Part shown: in pieces, positions 1 to 11,745 of the stretch
How the letters are laid out: each line of letters starts with the position of its first letter
Numbering within the stretch: position 1 is the first letter of the stretch
NCBI GenBank assembly: GCA_030704615.1
Contig: CM060732.1
Span: 5,332,001 to 5,396,000 of the forward strand
DNA from: Takakia lepidozioides
Lineage: Eukaryota > Plantae > Bryophyta
Direction of reading: 5' to 3'
DNA: 64,000 bases
The notes under the pieces: model-generated
What the model saw: the letters and a program-made list of their open reading frames with translations, nothing else
Database searches by the model: none
What the model was told of the DNA's origin: nothing
Position numbers and translations under genes: made by a program

Positions 1-41
1 CAGCCACTAGTCCATCACTAGGCTGCCACTAGTCCATCACA
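1..41 (-). repeat. Terminal repeat B2 (partial, runs off the window)
   Basis: 1-41 (cagccactagtccatcactaggctgccactagtccatcaca) matches 505-545 with few mismatches; begins TGTGATGG on the minus strand. Confidence 0.8.
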
Positions 42-42
42 A

Positions 43-358
43 TGATAAGGAAAGGAAAGATACAAGCATACAAGCTCTCTCAAACTCACACACTTGCACA
101 TGAAAACATCACTCATATATTAAGTCGAGCCAAGTGCACCCCACGCCATGGGGAATCCACACTACGACGCCATAGCTAGACGCGGTAAGGCTCAACTCGA
201 GAAAGATGAGTCCACCGCGATCTGCCGTGAAGATAACAACGCCAGGTGCCAAACATGTATTGGCCCCTGGATTGACACTTGGGTCAATCCCAAATGTCAA
301 TATATAAAAGCTAGCTATTTCCTAGCTAACTTCACACCAGTGGTAAAATAACTTGACA
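43..358 (-). repeat. Terminal repeat A2 (LTR-like, 316 bp)
   Basis: TG...CA ends. Differs from 9252-9568 by about 5 transitions and 1 indel by manual comparison. Confidence 0.95.
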
Positions 359-360
359 GC

Positions 361-545
361 TGTCGTGCGCATACATATCGCTACACAACTACATCGCTGT
401 CCAAAACCACACAACATATGTGCACACCAAATACTAGTCTATCACTAGTCCACCACTAGTGCACCACTAGGCTGCCACTAGACAACCACTAGTCACCACT
501 AGTGCAGCCACTAGTCCACCACTAAGCTGCCACTAGTCCATCATA
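361..545 (-). repeat. Terminal repeat B1 (185 bp, rich in CCACTAG microrepeats)
   Basis: Follows the purine tract. Minus strand starts TATGATGG (TGTGATGG in B2) and ends ...CACGACA. Separated from A2 by GC. Confidence 0.75.
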
Positions 546-546
546 A

Positions 547-556
547 TCGCCCCCCT
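547..556 (-). promoter_or_regulatory. Polypurine tract (PPT) candidate
   Basis: Minus strand AGGGGGGCGA directly upstream of repeat B1. Confidence 0.6.
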
Positions 557-809
557 AGCTGGCGCTTAGGTCCCTCTAAGTCCAGGTAGCCACAAGATGT
601 GATAGTGGCCATAGCCTCACTAGGTCCTCCACCACTGTCCCTACTACACTCAAACTCAATAGATCAAGAGGCCGGGTACAAGAGTTGCCCCATCGTTAGT
701 CGCCGTCTTGCAACCTGTGAACTTGAGCCTGAGATCTTGGGTATTGACTCATATGAGCTTGGCCTCCCACGTCTTGTGAGCTGCCACTAGTCATATCCAC
801 TGCCACTAT

Positions 810-960
810 CCCAAGCAGTGTGGACATAACTAGTCTCCATCAGGAACCCTCTCAAGAGGTGGTGTCAAGCATCCCATGTGCCAACCTCTTGAGCATCGAT
901 CACACACCAGCATAGTGGCGGCACCACGAGCATGCCCACATAGTATGCAACACAACCCTG
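810..960 (-). pseudogene. PHD finger at the integrase C-terminus
   Basis: CILCGHARGAATMLVCDRCSRGWHMGCLTPPLERVPDGD*LCPHC fits C4HC3; the conserved Trp codon is a TAG stop. Confidence 0.9.
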
Positions 961-1013
961 CAAGTACCACTGCAAGGTTGGGATCTATCCTCCCATCCAC
1001 ATGTGGCGCACAC

Positions 1014-2480
1014 TTACGCACATGGTCCTTCCATACCATGCCATCTCAACACTCCTGAAGGCAACACCTCCCTGACCCTTAGAATCACACGTCCTGCTGT
1101 GACATCCAAGGTCATAGGCGTTGTCTGCTGCAGATACACATAGTCCCCAGGGTGGAAACGCCGAACACCTGGCCGATATCCCCCTCCACGTATAGTGACA
1201 TACCTCAATGTGTCTCAGTGTTGGGCAATAGCAAGATTCTCAAAAGCCATAGGCATGACTCTCTTGAACAACTCTGCCCACTGGGCACATGCTTGTGTCC
1301 ACACATCCGGATCATCAAGGTTGAGGACTACTGCAACCTCCCTGCGAATAGACGCAAACAAATCTGGCTCTCGGCCAAAGAGAAGGAAATATGGTGAGAA
1401 GGAGGCAAGTGATGCTTGCTTGCTAAACCTGTAGCCCATGGCTAGCCAAGGTACTTGAAGATCCCAATCTCCTAGGTGTCCTTTTTGCAAGCCATACTTG
1501 CGCAAACCCCTCTTCACCGTCTGCACCACTCTCTCTACCAAGCCATCGGCCTCAAGATGATCCCGAGAAGTGGTACGGTGGTCTATCAAGGCTTTATCAC
1601 ACAAAGCTTGAAACTCCCCCAAGAACTCTCTCCTTTGGTCCGTGCGTACCTCAGCTGGAACACCAAATCGGCTAAGCACACGATCTTGGAATGCATACGC
1701 AGCCCCCTCACTAGCCTTGTCAGGCAATGGAACCAACTCAATCCACTTGGAGAAGTGCTCCACCATCACCAACACGTATCTGTGGTGACGCATCGTCAGT
1801 GGCAAAGGCCCTGCAAAGTCAAGACTCCACCTGTAGCCCAATCCCATGATGGGTAAAGGATGCAACTGTAGTGTAGGGGCGTTGAATGAAGCACGCACCC
1901 TGTCACACACCATGCACCTAGCCACGAACTGTTGCACCTCTGTGTGCATACCACGCCACCAATACTGCCCCTGCAGTAAACTATGAGTGCGTTGCACTCC
2001 AAAATGCCCCAACTCCTCATGGGCATGCCGCACTAACCGTGCACGCTGTGTTGGGTGAGGCACGATCCTCACCCGACCATCCTCCCACACTCGAAGCAGG
2101 TGTATCCCCTCCCACTTGAACCTCTTGGCTCGTTGTAGGATCCGATCCCTCTCCTTGGCAGTCACACTAGCTGTCGTGTCTCCAGTGCGGAGGTAGTCCA
2201 ACACAACCGAATCCTCATGTATATCTCTAGCACCACCTGGCTCATCACTAGCCTCAGGGTCCTCAGACACTCCGTCTACAGTCATCCCTGTTGTAGGTCC
2301 AATCTGACCTCCCGATGCCAAGATACACAAAAAGGCAGATGCATGCCATCCCGGCACCATCTCCTCTTCCGTCTCACCATGCCACCGAGCTCTAGTGTCA
2401 TCCTGCTGGCTCGTGCATGGATTGCGACTCAATCCATCCGCATCCCTATTGACCAAACCCGGTTGATGCACAACCTGAAC
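1014..2480 (-). pseudogene. Gypsy integrase (HHCC finger, rve core, C-terminal module) preceded by the RNase H C-terminal tail
   Basis: VVHQPGLVNRDADGLSR (RNase H end); HAHEELGHFG...CMVC; SLDFAGPLP; TDQRREF; DGLVERVVQTVK; GDYVYLQ after an in-frame stop at about 1215. Confidence 0.93.
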
Positions 2481-2725
2481 ATGTCTCTCATGCTCCTCCA
2501 CCGTAGCATGAGAGGCAAAGCAATTCCTATAAGCCTCAGGAACCGCCGTATACGTTGTCTCTCTCCTCCAGTGACAATGGGTCCAATGTCAGGCTCCCAA
2601 TTGTCCTCCGTAACTGCAACCTTAAGTCCAGCAGACTTAGAGGTAGGAGACGCGTCCCGTGGTTGCTATGCCGCAACCTCATGAGCAGTTTTCCCTTCCT
2701 GCTCAATCAATGACAAGGCCTTATC

Positions 2726-4042
2726 CTACCCCATCATCTCATCCTTGAGGACCTCCTCAACCCGAGAAGAATCCCCAACCTCATCCATCACAGCCGCCTT
2801 GGCTGCCAACTCCCTCTGAACCTCGAGCACCTCCCACGTGTGCCATGGATGTCTACACCCTGTGGTCCTCACCGGCTCGCCCCCACTCACTGCTTGTACC
2901 GTCTCGGAAGGCAGAGAGACCGTCAAGGGAAGTGCACTCCGCACTCTTCGTTGCTCAACCATAGCCAAGCTGATAATCCAGGTCAAGTAATTTAGATCCA
3001 TTGCTTGCCCAAACACCTGACAATGTGATGCCTCAGAAAGAGAAGGCACCGCCGTGGTCCCAGTGGAAAAACCCATAGCCCGCTCTCGTTCGTCGACATT
3101 AGGCTCCACTAATTGCTGCAATTGAGCATCCCACATGAGGCCAGGTCCATTATCCCGGAAAGCATGCGATCCTGGGAAGCTGAGTAGTGTAGGTAGTGCT
3201 GCTCGTGGTTGATCCACCTTGTTGACCACTGCCAAAGGCAAATAGTCATCATGTCTCACACGCTGAGACTGCCTCCCTGTGTCCAAAATGCTATCCATTG
3301 TGAGGTGTGCTGGCCGCTGCACCCCATCAAATGCATGCTTAAGCAGTGCGGGTGGCATCAAGTTAGTCCACCATAACCGTGGACGATGAGCCCGTGGTCC
3401 CACTACAGCTGCATCTAGCAACACTGCTGACCCAAGCCACGACCGGGCTTGATACACACTGGCCATCACCCTGGCCCAAGAATCGCCCATCAGTGGCACA
3501 TTCTCCAAGATGTATCCTGGAGATACAGCCTGATGAAGCTGTAAGTGGTGCAAAACCCGCACCATCTCCCAAAACAGACCCGACCTCGAGTCTCGCAATC
3601 CATTGTCATGCCCGGCTAATGAATACCCTTGGCAGGGCCAACCTGCCACTACCAAATCGATGAAGCCAACCCGCTCCAAATCCTGCGCTCCCAGCAAAGA
3701 GATGTCTGCTGGCAAGGCCTGTTGATATCCACGAACTACAGACACCGGCAACAACTAAGGGTACTGCTGCACCAACTGAACAATATGACGGAGTGAGACG
3801 CGTCATGCAGTCTCATCCTTCTCCACATACAAGTAACGCCGTACTCGTACACCTGCCAGTAGAACAGCAGCCAATCCGGTGCTGATCCCGCCAAACAAGT
3901 CCAGAAGGCAAATGTCTTCATCCGGACACGGCCACACAATCGGTGTGGTGTCCAATGGTGACAACTGAGGTGGTCCTAGTGCAATCCCCGCACTGTTATC
4001 CTCTCCTAACGGTACAAAAGCCTCTACCCAGGCTTGTTGCAC
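2726..4042 (-). pseudogene. DNMT3-like C5-cytosine DNA methyltransferase domain within pol (frameshift near 3800)
   Basis: Motif I LLDLFGGIS, motif II YVEKD, motif IV DLVVAGWPCQGYS, motif VI YILENV, motif VIII AHRPRLWWTN (DNMT3-type AHRxRxxWxN), motif IX-X ERERAMGF...FGQAMD. Confidence 0.92.
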
Positions 4043-4049
4043 ACGACAA

Positions 4050-5522
4050 TCAGCAACCCGCTACAAATCCTTGTTCGAGCCCCACAATGGCCATGGCAGG
4101 CAACTCCGCCATACCATACATATCATCCTGCTCTCCCGGAGGTGACACATCCTCTGAATGAGTGTTGCCCTCTAGCAACTCTCCAGGCCAACTCACTGCA
4201 GCTGTGAATGCTGCCAGTGTTGGCATCTTGCCTCGCTGGGCAACCGCAACTCCTCCTATGAACGTCACAGGGAGCTGCACATGCCGGCCCTCCCCTGACT
4301 GCCATCCAGGCCTATAGGAAGCTGACTCCTCCCAAAAATCCAGGGTGAAGCCCATGGGGTACAACACTGCCCCACCAACAAAGACATCGTACGAGACCGT
4401 GTCTGTCACAATGGCCTTGGCTCTCATCACTGAGCCATCTGTAGGATGATCCGGCTGTAGTCTGATAGCCAACTCACGTCGTGTCATGCCCCGAGCCTGC
4501 TCTGATCCTCCCAGAGATGTCTGTATCTGGAAAGGGCACGGCTCCCTATCCGCCTCCGTGAGGCCCAAGCCTGCAATAGTAGCTCTGCCCAGCATCAATG
4601 GCTGAGCTCCCAAGTCCAACAAGACCCGCAGTGGCCGGTACCTCTTGCCTGCCGGTCCACTCAAACAAAAAATGCCATCCTGGTTATCTAACATGACAAC
4701 TCCAGGTGTCACCATGGCGCGCTCAATGGCTGGCCTAGTTGACAGCTCTATCAACCTAGCAGCTGCAGCTTGCCATGGCGCCGCCGTGGCAGTCTTGACC
4801 CTCACATCCGAGGATCCCTCCGGCACTACACCTCCCACTATCTCCGCAGAAGATGAAGTAACCTCCATACTCTCACAGAGTGTCGCTGCTAGCCTGAACA
4901 CCTCAGCTGGTCTTACCCCCGGCATCGCAATCATGGTAGCCAAGAACAATAGAGCCTGGCACACAGCTGTGGCCGCCCCCAGCAGCACACTAGCTGCCGT
5001 AGCTTTGGCAACACTAAGTAGTGGTGCTGCCCGTGTAGCTCTCCCCAATGGCATAGTAACCTCCGCCTCGGTAACAGTCGGGCGGGAACTAGGTGCCATG
5101 GACGGCGTCAACACTGTCTCCGCCAATGTGAATGACTGAGGAAGCCTAGCCTGACAGCTTGCCTCCCCACGCTGTGGATCCAACTCCACCTCTGCACCCC
5201 GTGGCTCAGGAACTCGTACTGCTCCTCGCGTCACTGCCGCAGCTGACTCCACTTGCACTAGTGGTAGTCCTGCCCCGCACATAGTGGTAGTGGTAGTACT
5301 GCCCGGCACTAGTGGTAGTGATGCCCCACCCACAGTGGTAGTGGTAGTGGCACCCCTCACCAGTGGTAGTGGTGCCCCACCCATAGTGGTAGTGGTAGTG
5401 GCACCCCTCACTAGTGGTAGTGCTGCCCCGCACATGAATCCCATGCCTCCTAAGTCTCCTCCCTTAGGAGCAGGAGGTGGACCATCCAGCCTTGGAGCCG
5501 GTACCACCTGAGTTGTGGCCAT
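4050..5522 (-). pseudogene. Gag C-terminal low-complexity region plus retropepsin-like protease
   Basis: RVLLDLGAQPLMLG (degenerate D[ST]GA) and YDVFVGGAVL (ILG-D-L-like), located between gag and the DNMT. Confidence 0.7.
5251..5432. repeat. 54-bp coding tandem repeat, about 3.5 units (GAxLPLVxGxTTTTTM)
   Basis: Directly visible in the DNA and in the 4050..5522 translation. Confidence 0.85.
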
Positions 5523-5571
5523 GGCAGCGAGCCTCTGCTCTAGCTGCTAAAGCCGGTTGGCCATGCCTTGG

Positions 5572-6965
5572 TCACCACCCTGACCTCCACGTCCTTGGCC
5601 ATGTTGAGCCTGCACCTCGTGCCTGGCCACCTCGTCCTCTCTGGGCTGCTCCACCTTGCCCCCGGCCACCATTGTTCCCTTGGAACTGGCCTGGGCGCAA
5701 CTCAGGGTGCAAACCATAGCACTGGGCCTCTCCATGCCCGTACCTGCCACAATGCCCACACTGCACCTGTGCAGGCTATGCCGGTGCCAAACCATTGCTT
5801 CCCTCTGGGCAATCCTTCTTGACATGGGGTCCTCCACATGTCCAGCACACCACATCCACCCGTTGTTGGCCAGCAAATGAAGGGAGAGACCCCTGCATCT
5901 GAGGTCCTCTCTGCCCTTCCCTGGGCTTCACCTGAGCCTTCTTGCTGCCTTGAGCACGTTGAGGTAGGGGCTGGCTAGGAGCACCACTACCCCGTGGTGC
6001 CTCCTTAGCAAATCCTACCATGACCACTCGTTCCTCCACCATGTTGAGCTCTATCCGCTTTGCCAGCAAAAACACATTTGCTAAGGTGGGTTGGGCCGCT
6101 TGTAGGAGAGAGTTGCATCCCGCACCCTTCTCCTCAGCTCCTTGTCCAATATCCCGTACCAGAACTAGACTGCCTGAGCCTCCGTAACCCCTTGGGTTAC
6201 ATTAATCAAGCGCCTCATGCGAGTGAAAGCCTCCCTCAAGCTCTCAGTAGGTTTCCGTTGGAACTCTTGCAAGCTCCTCAACTTCTCTGTCCTCACCCCT
6301 TGGTAGTTCCTTCTCAACTCTTCGAAGAACTCCACAACAGGGTTGAAGGCAGGCACTGCCACTGGTGCTGGTGCAGCAGTAGCTTGGGTGGCCGTCGTAG
6401 TTGCTGTACCACTAGTCCCACTACTGCTCGTGGAAGCTGTTGTTGTAGCTGCTGCTGCTGGTGCAGCTGCCGGTGTGGCTGCTGCCCTTGTGCCTCTAGT
6501 GCCTCTAGTGATGGAGACATAGTCGGGTGATCAGTACATCCTCCACTCCTCGATCTCAACATCGTGCCCCCGCCTAAACTCATGGTAATCGTCCATGGGC
6601 GGCCCCTCAAGGTGCTGAAACAGCCCCTTCCATGCCATGAAAGGCGTAAACAGTTGTGGATTGCGCATTTGCTGCAAGTCACACCAACTATCAAACTCTT
6701 GGATAAAATCATCCAACTCAATGGTGCCCACCGCCCCAGAGTATCTTTGTGGCCCCTTGGTGGCTCCATACATGTCCTCCATCCACAACAATGGCAGGGA
6801 AACAATTTGCACCGCCGGTGTATGTCTTCCTGATTCACAATCCAAATCAGAACCTTCCGTAGAAGACACGGGAGGTGAAGGAGGCCTAAACCGCACACCT
6901 CGTCTTGTATACCCGCTAGTATCGCTAGTGCTCGTACCGGCACTTTCCCCAACAACTAGTGGCAC
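5572..6965 (-). pseudogene. Gag (frameshifted) with two zinc knuckles
   Basis: YSGAVGTIELDDFIQEFDSW; FQRKPTESLREAFTRMRRL (capsid-like); CWTCGGPHVKKDC and CGHCGRYGHGEAQC (CCHC). Confidence 0.85.
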
Positions 6966-9235
6966 CTCCGTGTTGACAAACTGACACTCAACCGATCATG
7001 ATCATGTCTCTAACCCCCTCTCCACAAGGTAACCGGGTAGAGAACCTGATGCGGCTTATGGTTTGGAATACTAGGTTCCTAACATAGCCTGCACCTGCAC
7101 CTGCATCCACCGCAGGCACTCCTATGGTTGGCTGGTCATCACCTCCAACCTCACCACAGGAGAAACAAAGATGGTCTGACTGGTCATCACCCCAGCCTCA
7201 CCATCGACAGCATGCTCTAGGGTGGGATCAGTGATCAAGCCCGGGTCCACCACCTATAAAATCAAGCGCCCACACAAAACTAGCATGGCGCACAATCAAG
7301 CATGCAGGTGTGGAGGGGATCCAAACACAAGAATGAAAACAACAACTCCCCCACACCAAAAACAACTCCATAGTGTCATTCCTGCAACCCAACCCAAACC
7401 CGGACTGACTCTTGCCTCCACCTACAGAAAGGTCTCGGCCTACAAAGAAGGTGGAAAGCTACGAGGAAGAGAAGCTAAAGCAATGTCTATCCCAAGCACG
7501 CTCTCATTCCAACACCCTCTTTTTTCCTCTCATCTCTCACTTGCATGACCATGAGAGCATCCTGTAGACACTCCTCAAACCGCCCTCCACGAGCTCTTGA
7601 AATTTGGCCTCCAAGGCCCCATGCAAGCCTCCACAAGTTCCGCCAGTGCCTCCTTACGTCCACTAGCCATTCCTCCGAATGGAACCACCTCAGGAAACCA
7701 CACCGTTCACTGAAGGTTCAAAAATGGAGCAAATAGAGGTACATACATGCCCCAACAACATTCTGTCCAAAGGAATTACCTGCAGGCTGGTCTCCCTTAT
7801 AGTTAAGAACTGGGCTGAAAACCAGAAAAGATTACCTGCAGGGGAGTAATCCCCTTTGTTAAAACGCAACAGGGAGGCAATTCCGACTTTTCTGCCGGAT
7901 CAGCTAGCTCAGAACCGTTGTTCTTCAGAGCCCAGCCTCCCCATCAAGGTCCCACGAAACGAGTGAAAAAAGATATATATATATATATATATTTTTTCAC
8001 TCTTCCTGTTCGCGGCCTTCCGTGGCTCCAACCGCCACGACTCCTCATGGCCCGCCCTAAGCACTCGTTGGCCTCGGGCTGCCTCGTGATACCCCGTGGT
8101 ACCACTCCCACGAGCCTTCACGGCCCGCCATTCCCACGATCTGGTCACCGTGCCCACCCATTGTGTCCGCACCACGACTTCCAACGGTCACGGTCAACGG
8201 TCACGGTCAACCATCACGACCTGGGCTCGTGGTATCTCGTGATACCGCCCCAACGGCCCATCACGGCCACTATTCCATGCGTTCCCTGGAACTCCCAACG
8301 AGTTCCCATGCGTTCCCGAGGCGTTCCCGGCGTTCCCACGCGTTCCCGAACTCTCCCCGAGCTGGGGTTTGCTCCTGCATCTGCTGCCGCTGAGCTATGG
8401 CTTCTGCGGAGCCATCAGCCCCGTCGCCCTGCACTCCTGAGCTCTCACGACCCACTAGAAGTGCCCCCAACTCAACAAGCAAGCTATATGCTGCCCAACA
8501 AGCTCCATTTCTCCACGAAACTCACAAAAGTGAATCTGAAAATACACACCTTGATAAACTTGGTGTACCTGCAGTTCTACTGCACATTCCCTGGCTCTAG
8601 GACGCCTCACTGCTGCCCTTCCAGCCCCGCTCTTGCCACTCCAAGAGCCCTCGTCGTGCTAGAGTTTCAGATTGAAACTTTCAACTCAAGCAATACTTCA
8701 CAAGTGCACTGATTTGCACACAAGAGGGACCAGCCCCTTCTCTTCACTCATACCTCTTCATGAGCTTGGAGCTGAAGTTCCCAACGGGCTGCAATGCATC
8801 TCCTTGCAGCTCCACCATTTGGCTGCTCCTCATCTACCCGCAACAACTGATTTCGGGCAGAAATACTTGGAGCTGATCATGTCATCTCCAACTTGCAACA
8901 TGTTAGCTTCCATGCACAGCCCACATTTCTGCAGCTCCTTAACTCGGCCTGCAGCTGAAGAAGACGACCACCAGTTCGCCCACTCGTGGCCAACATCTCC
9001 TCCGCTTCACACTAGAAGCCCAAACTTGGTTGCCATAGCGTTGAGCTATGCAACGCCGCTCTTCAACATAGGCTACTCGCCTCTCCATTGCAAACCTGCA
9101 ACCTGTTTGCCTTTGCACTCTATCCACTTTGGATAGGCTCATGCATGGATCCCTGCCTCTAGGCTGAACCGCTTTTCATGATCTGAAAACACAAGTGCTA
9201 CACAACTAACTCAAACCTGGCACTCACAGACTCGA

Positions 9236-9252
9236 GCTCATCTTTCTCGAGT
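9236..9252 (-). promoter_or_regulatory. PBS-position sequence complementary to the LTR interior (possible self-primer site)
   Basis: gctcatctttctcgagt (9236-9252) is the exact reverse complement of 9404-9420. No TGG-initiated tRNA PBS is present. Confidence 0.6.
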
Positions 9253-9568
9253 GATAAGGAAAGGAAAGATACAAGCATACAAGCTCTCTCAAACTCACAC
9301 ACTTGCACATGAAAACATCACTCATATATTAAGTCGAGCCAAGTGCACCCCACGCCATGGGGAATCCACACTACGGCGCCATAGCTAGACGCGGTGAGGC
9401 TCAACTCGAGAAAGATGAGCCCACCGCGATCTGCTGTGAAGATAACAACGTCAGGTGCCCAAACATGTATTGGCCCCTGGATTGACACTTGGGTCAATCC
9501 CAAATGTCAATATATAAAAGCTAGCTATTTCCTAGCTAACTTCACACCAGTGGTAAAATAACTTGACA
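9252..9568 (-). repeat. Terminal repeat A1 (5' LTR-like, 317 bp)
   Basis: Near-identical to 43-358; TG...CA ends. Confidence 0.95.
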
Positions 9569-10365
9569 AGTGCACAAATTTGGATGTAACATGTGCCCTC
9601 TCTGTTGCCCTGCACATATAAAATATGATCATTAGAAAGAAGATGTGTATATGTACATCCATTGAGCAAGAACATGACAACATTGAACATGAAAGTAAAT
9701 GAAGAATAAAAAAGAAACTCACACATTCACTCCATCCATGATGGACTTGAGGGAACTACGATTTTCAATGTCCGCATTGAGCACCCAACTTGTCACACAG
9801 ACATGTCTTGACAAGTTGGCCCCATGAACTTCATTGATATAGGGATACCATGCTTGAAGCCTATGATTCCCATCCCAGACATGAAACATCTTCCCCCGAA
9901 GATGATGCAACTTTGGCTTGGACTCAAGATACTTCTCAAACTCATCATTGACTGTTTTCCAATGACTATCCCATGTAGAGATGATATCAGGACTACATCT
10001 ATAGTAGATCCATCAATCCCCTCAACAGAAACATAGAACACGGCTGCTCCTGGATGGTATCCAGAATAGAAGTCTCCTCTAAGCTTTAGGATGTCGTTGG
10101 CAAGGGCGGGCCTAACAACCTGCATAGAAATCATGCGACACAATGGAATGTCCATAACTCCATCCTAATGAGGAGGGACCTGAAAGTTACATTCAGATCT
10201 TGTTTCTTTTCTAGAATAATTGCCTGTTTGGCATCTAGAGAAAGAGGATCACTAGATGTTGTATCCTCTTCATACTCATCTGCCCCCCAATTCCCTGCAT
10301 CAATGTCGTCAATAATGGTTGCAAGCGTCCCGACCTCCACAACTTCAGTTGTAGTAGTAATTTCC
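9569..10365 (-). pseudogene. ParB/Srx-like MULE accessory gene, copy 1 (interrupted by the retroelement; upstream exon probably near 11780-11950)
   Basis: MDIPLCRMISMQVVRPALANDILKLRGDFYSGY..AVFYVS; GKMFHVWDGNHRLQAW (9860-9874). Intron after DGVN followed by ATERAHVTSKFVH, homologous to 62723 onward. Confidence 0.8.
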
Positions 10366-10584
10366 TATTTCCATAGACCAAAACAGTTCAAGATGTCAGT
10401 GTATGAGAAGAGCACATGTGTGAATATATAATATGTAAAAAGAGCCGTTCAGTGTCATGGTTGCATGAAGAAAACAAATGAATTTGGATAATCGACTAAT
10501 TCCATGAATATCCTTGTCTTTCAAAGCTTACAACTTGGAGCAGAATACAGGCCTGAGCATCCCGACAGAGGACCTCCAACCACC

Positions 10585-11745
10585 TACGCTGGCGCATATG
10601 ACACATATGTACAACCAACTCAAAATTTGACAAGCTTTGAGGCCCTTGAAGAAATTTTTGCTCAAGGAGCTCCAAGCATATGCGCCGGCGCATACCATGG
10701 AAGGGAGGTTGTAGCCAAACATACAGAAGCACCTTGAAAGATCAAACTAGGCCTATTCCGCATGTGGAGTTGTGGAGGTGGCAACGTAGAAGCTTTGAGA
10801 TACTTGAATATTGTGATCAACCAAAATAGGGAAGGTTCCCCAAGCGTCTGTGCCGATGGAGGTGGCAGCCTCGACATTTTGGAGCTTACGTAACACAAGG
10901 AATATACAACAAAAAACCAAGCTCCAAGCATCTCCGCCGACGGAGATGCTTGCATGAGGTTCCTGAAACCTAGGAGCTGAGCAAAAAAGGATTGTGCTCA
11001 ATGGGTATGCGCCGGCGGATATGGCAGCCCAGCCCGCTTGGAGCATCAACAACTTATGAGAATGCGGAGAAACAAAAGAGATGGAAGGGGGGGAGAACTT
11101 CCTAAAATATGTAAGCAGCCATGCTGCACGGGTCTGCGTTGATAGAGGTGGCAGCCTTGGCGCTTTGGAGATTCCGTAACACAGGGAATATGCAAAAAAA
11201 ACCAAGCTCCAAGTGTCTCCGCCGGCGAAGACGCTTGCAGGAGGTTCCTGAAACCTATGAGCTGAGCAAAAAAGAATGTACTCAATGGGTATGCGCCGGC
11301 GGATATGCCAGCGCAGCCCGCTCAGAGCATCAACAACTTTTGAGCATGCGAAAAAACAAAGGAGATGGAAAATGGGAGAACTTCCTGAAACATTTGAGCA
11401 GCCCTGCTGCACAGGTATGCATCGGCGGATACGCCAGCCCAACCCGCTCGGAGCACCAGCAACGTATGAGCATGCAAAAAAATAAACGGGATGGGAGTAG
11501 AGGAGCACTTCCTGAAACATGTGAGCATCCCAGCTCCAACGGTATGCGCCGGCGGAGGTGGCAGCCCAGCCCTTCCAAGCATAAAAAAAAACCAAGGGGA
11601 ATGAGCTGTCTCCGCCGGCGGAGACGGTTGTGTGTATGTGTGGAGATTCACAAACTTGTGAGAGTTGAAGTGACTTAGGCATCTGCGCCGGCGGAGGTGC
11701 TAGATTAGGAGCAGCTTGGTGGGGCTTATGCGATGGCGCATATGC
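10585..11745. repeat. Degenerate repeat array carrying TATGCG-CCGG-CGCATA / TCTCCG-CCGG-CGGAGA palindromes
   Basis: Palindromes or near-palindromes at about 10679, 10932, 11006, 11216, 11290, 11416, 11543, 11608 and 11682, in repeated 75-280 bp blocks. Confidence 0.85.

Larger units (their letters stand above)
1..9568 (-). mobile_element. Ty3/Gypsy-like retroelement, non-autonomous (RT/RNase H deleted), carrying a C5-MTase and a PHD finger; extends beyond the left edge of the window
   Basis: Minus-strand order gag(CCHC)-protease-DNMT-[RNase H tail]-integrase-PHD. Terminal repeat at 9252-9568 recurs at 43-358. Purine tract at 547-556 on the minus strand. Right boundary (TG on minus) interrupts an exon of the ParB-like gene at 9569. 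Confidence 0.9.

Noticed and set aside
7222-9142. Plus-strand ORFs (264 aa, 154 aa) in the retroelement leader
   Set aside because: Low complexity, one spanning an AT microsatellite, with no recognisable motifs; treated as non-coding leader.
1-9568. DIRS/Ngaro classification suggested by split repeats plus an MTase
   Set aside because: No tyrosine recombinase; it encodes a DDE integrase and protease, and the MTase is C5-type rather than the DAM-like DIRS MTase.
10753-11682. 309-aa and overlapping ORFs
   Set aside because: They derive from the degenerate palindrome array and have no domain motifs.
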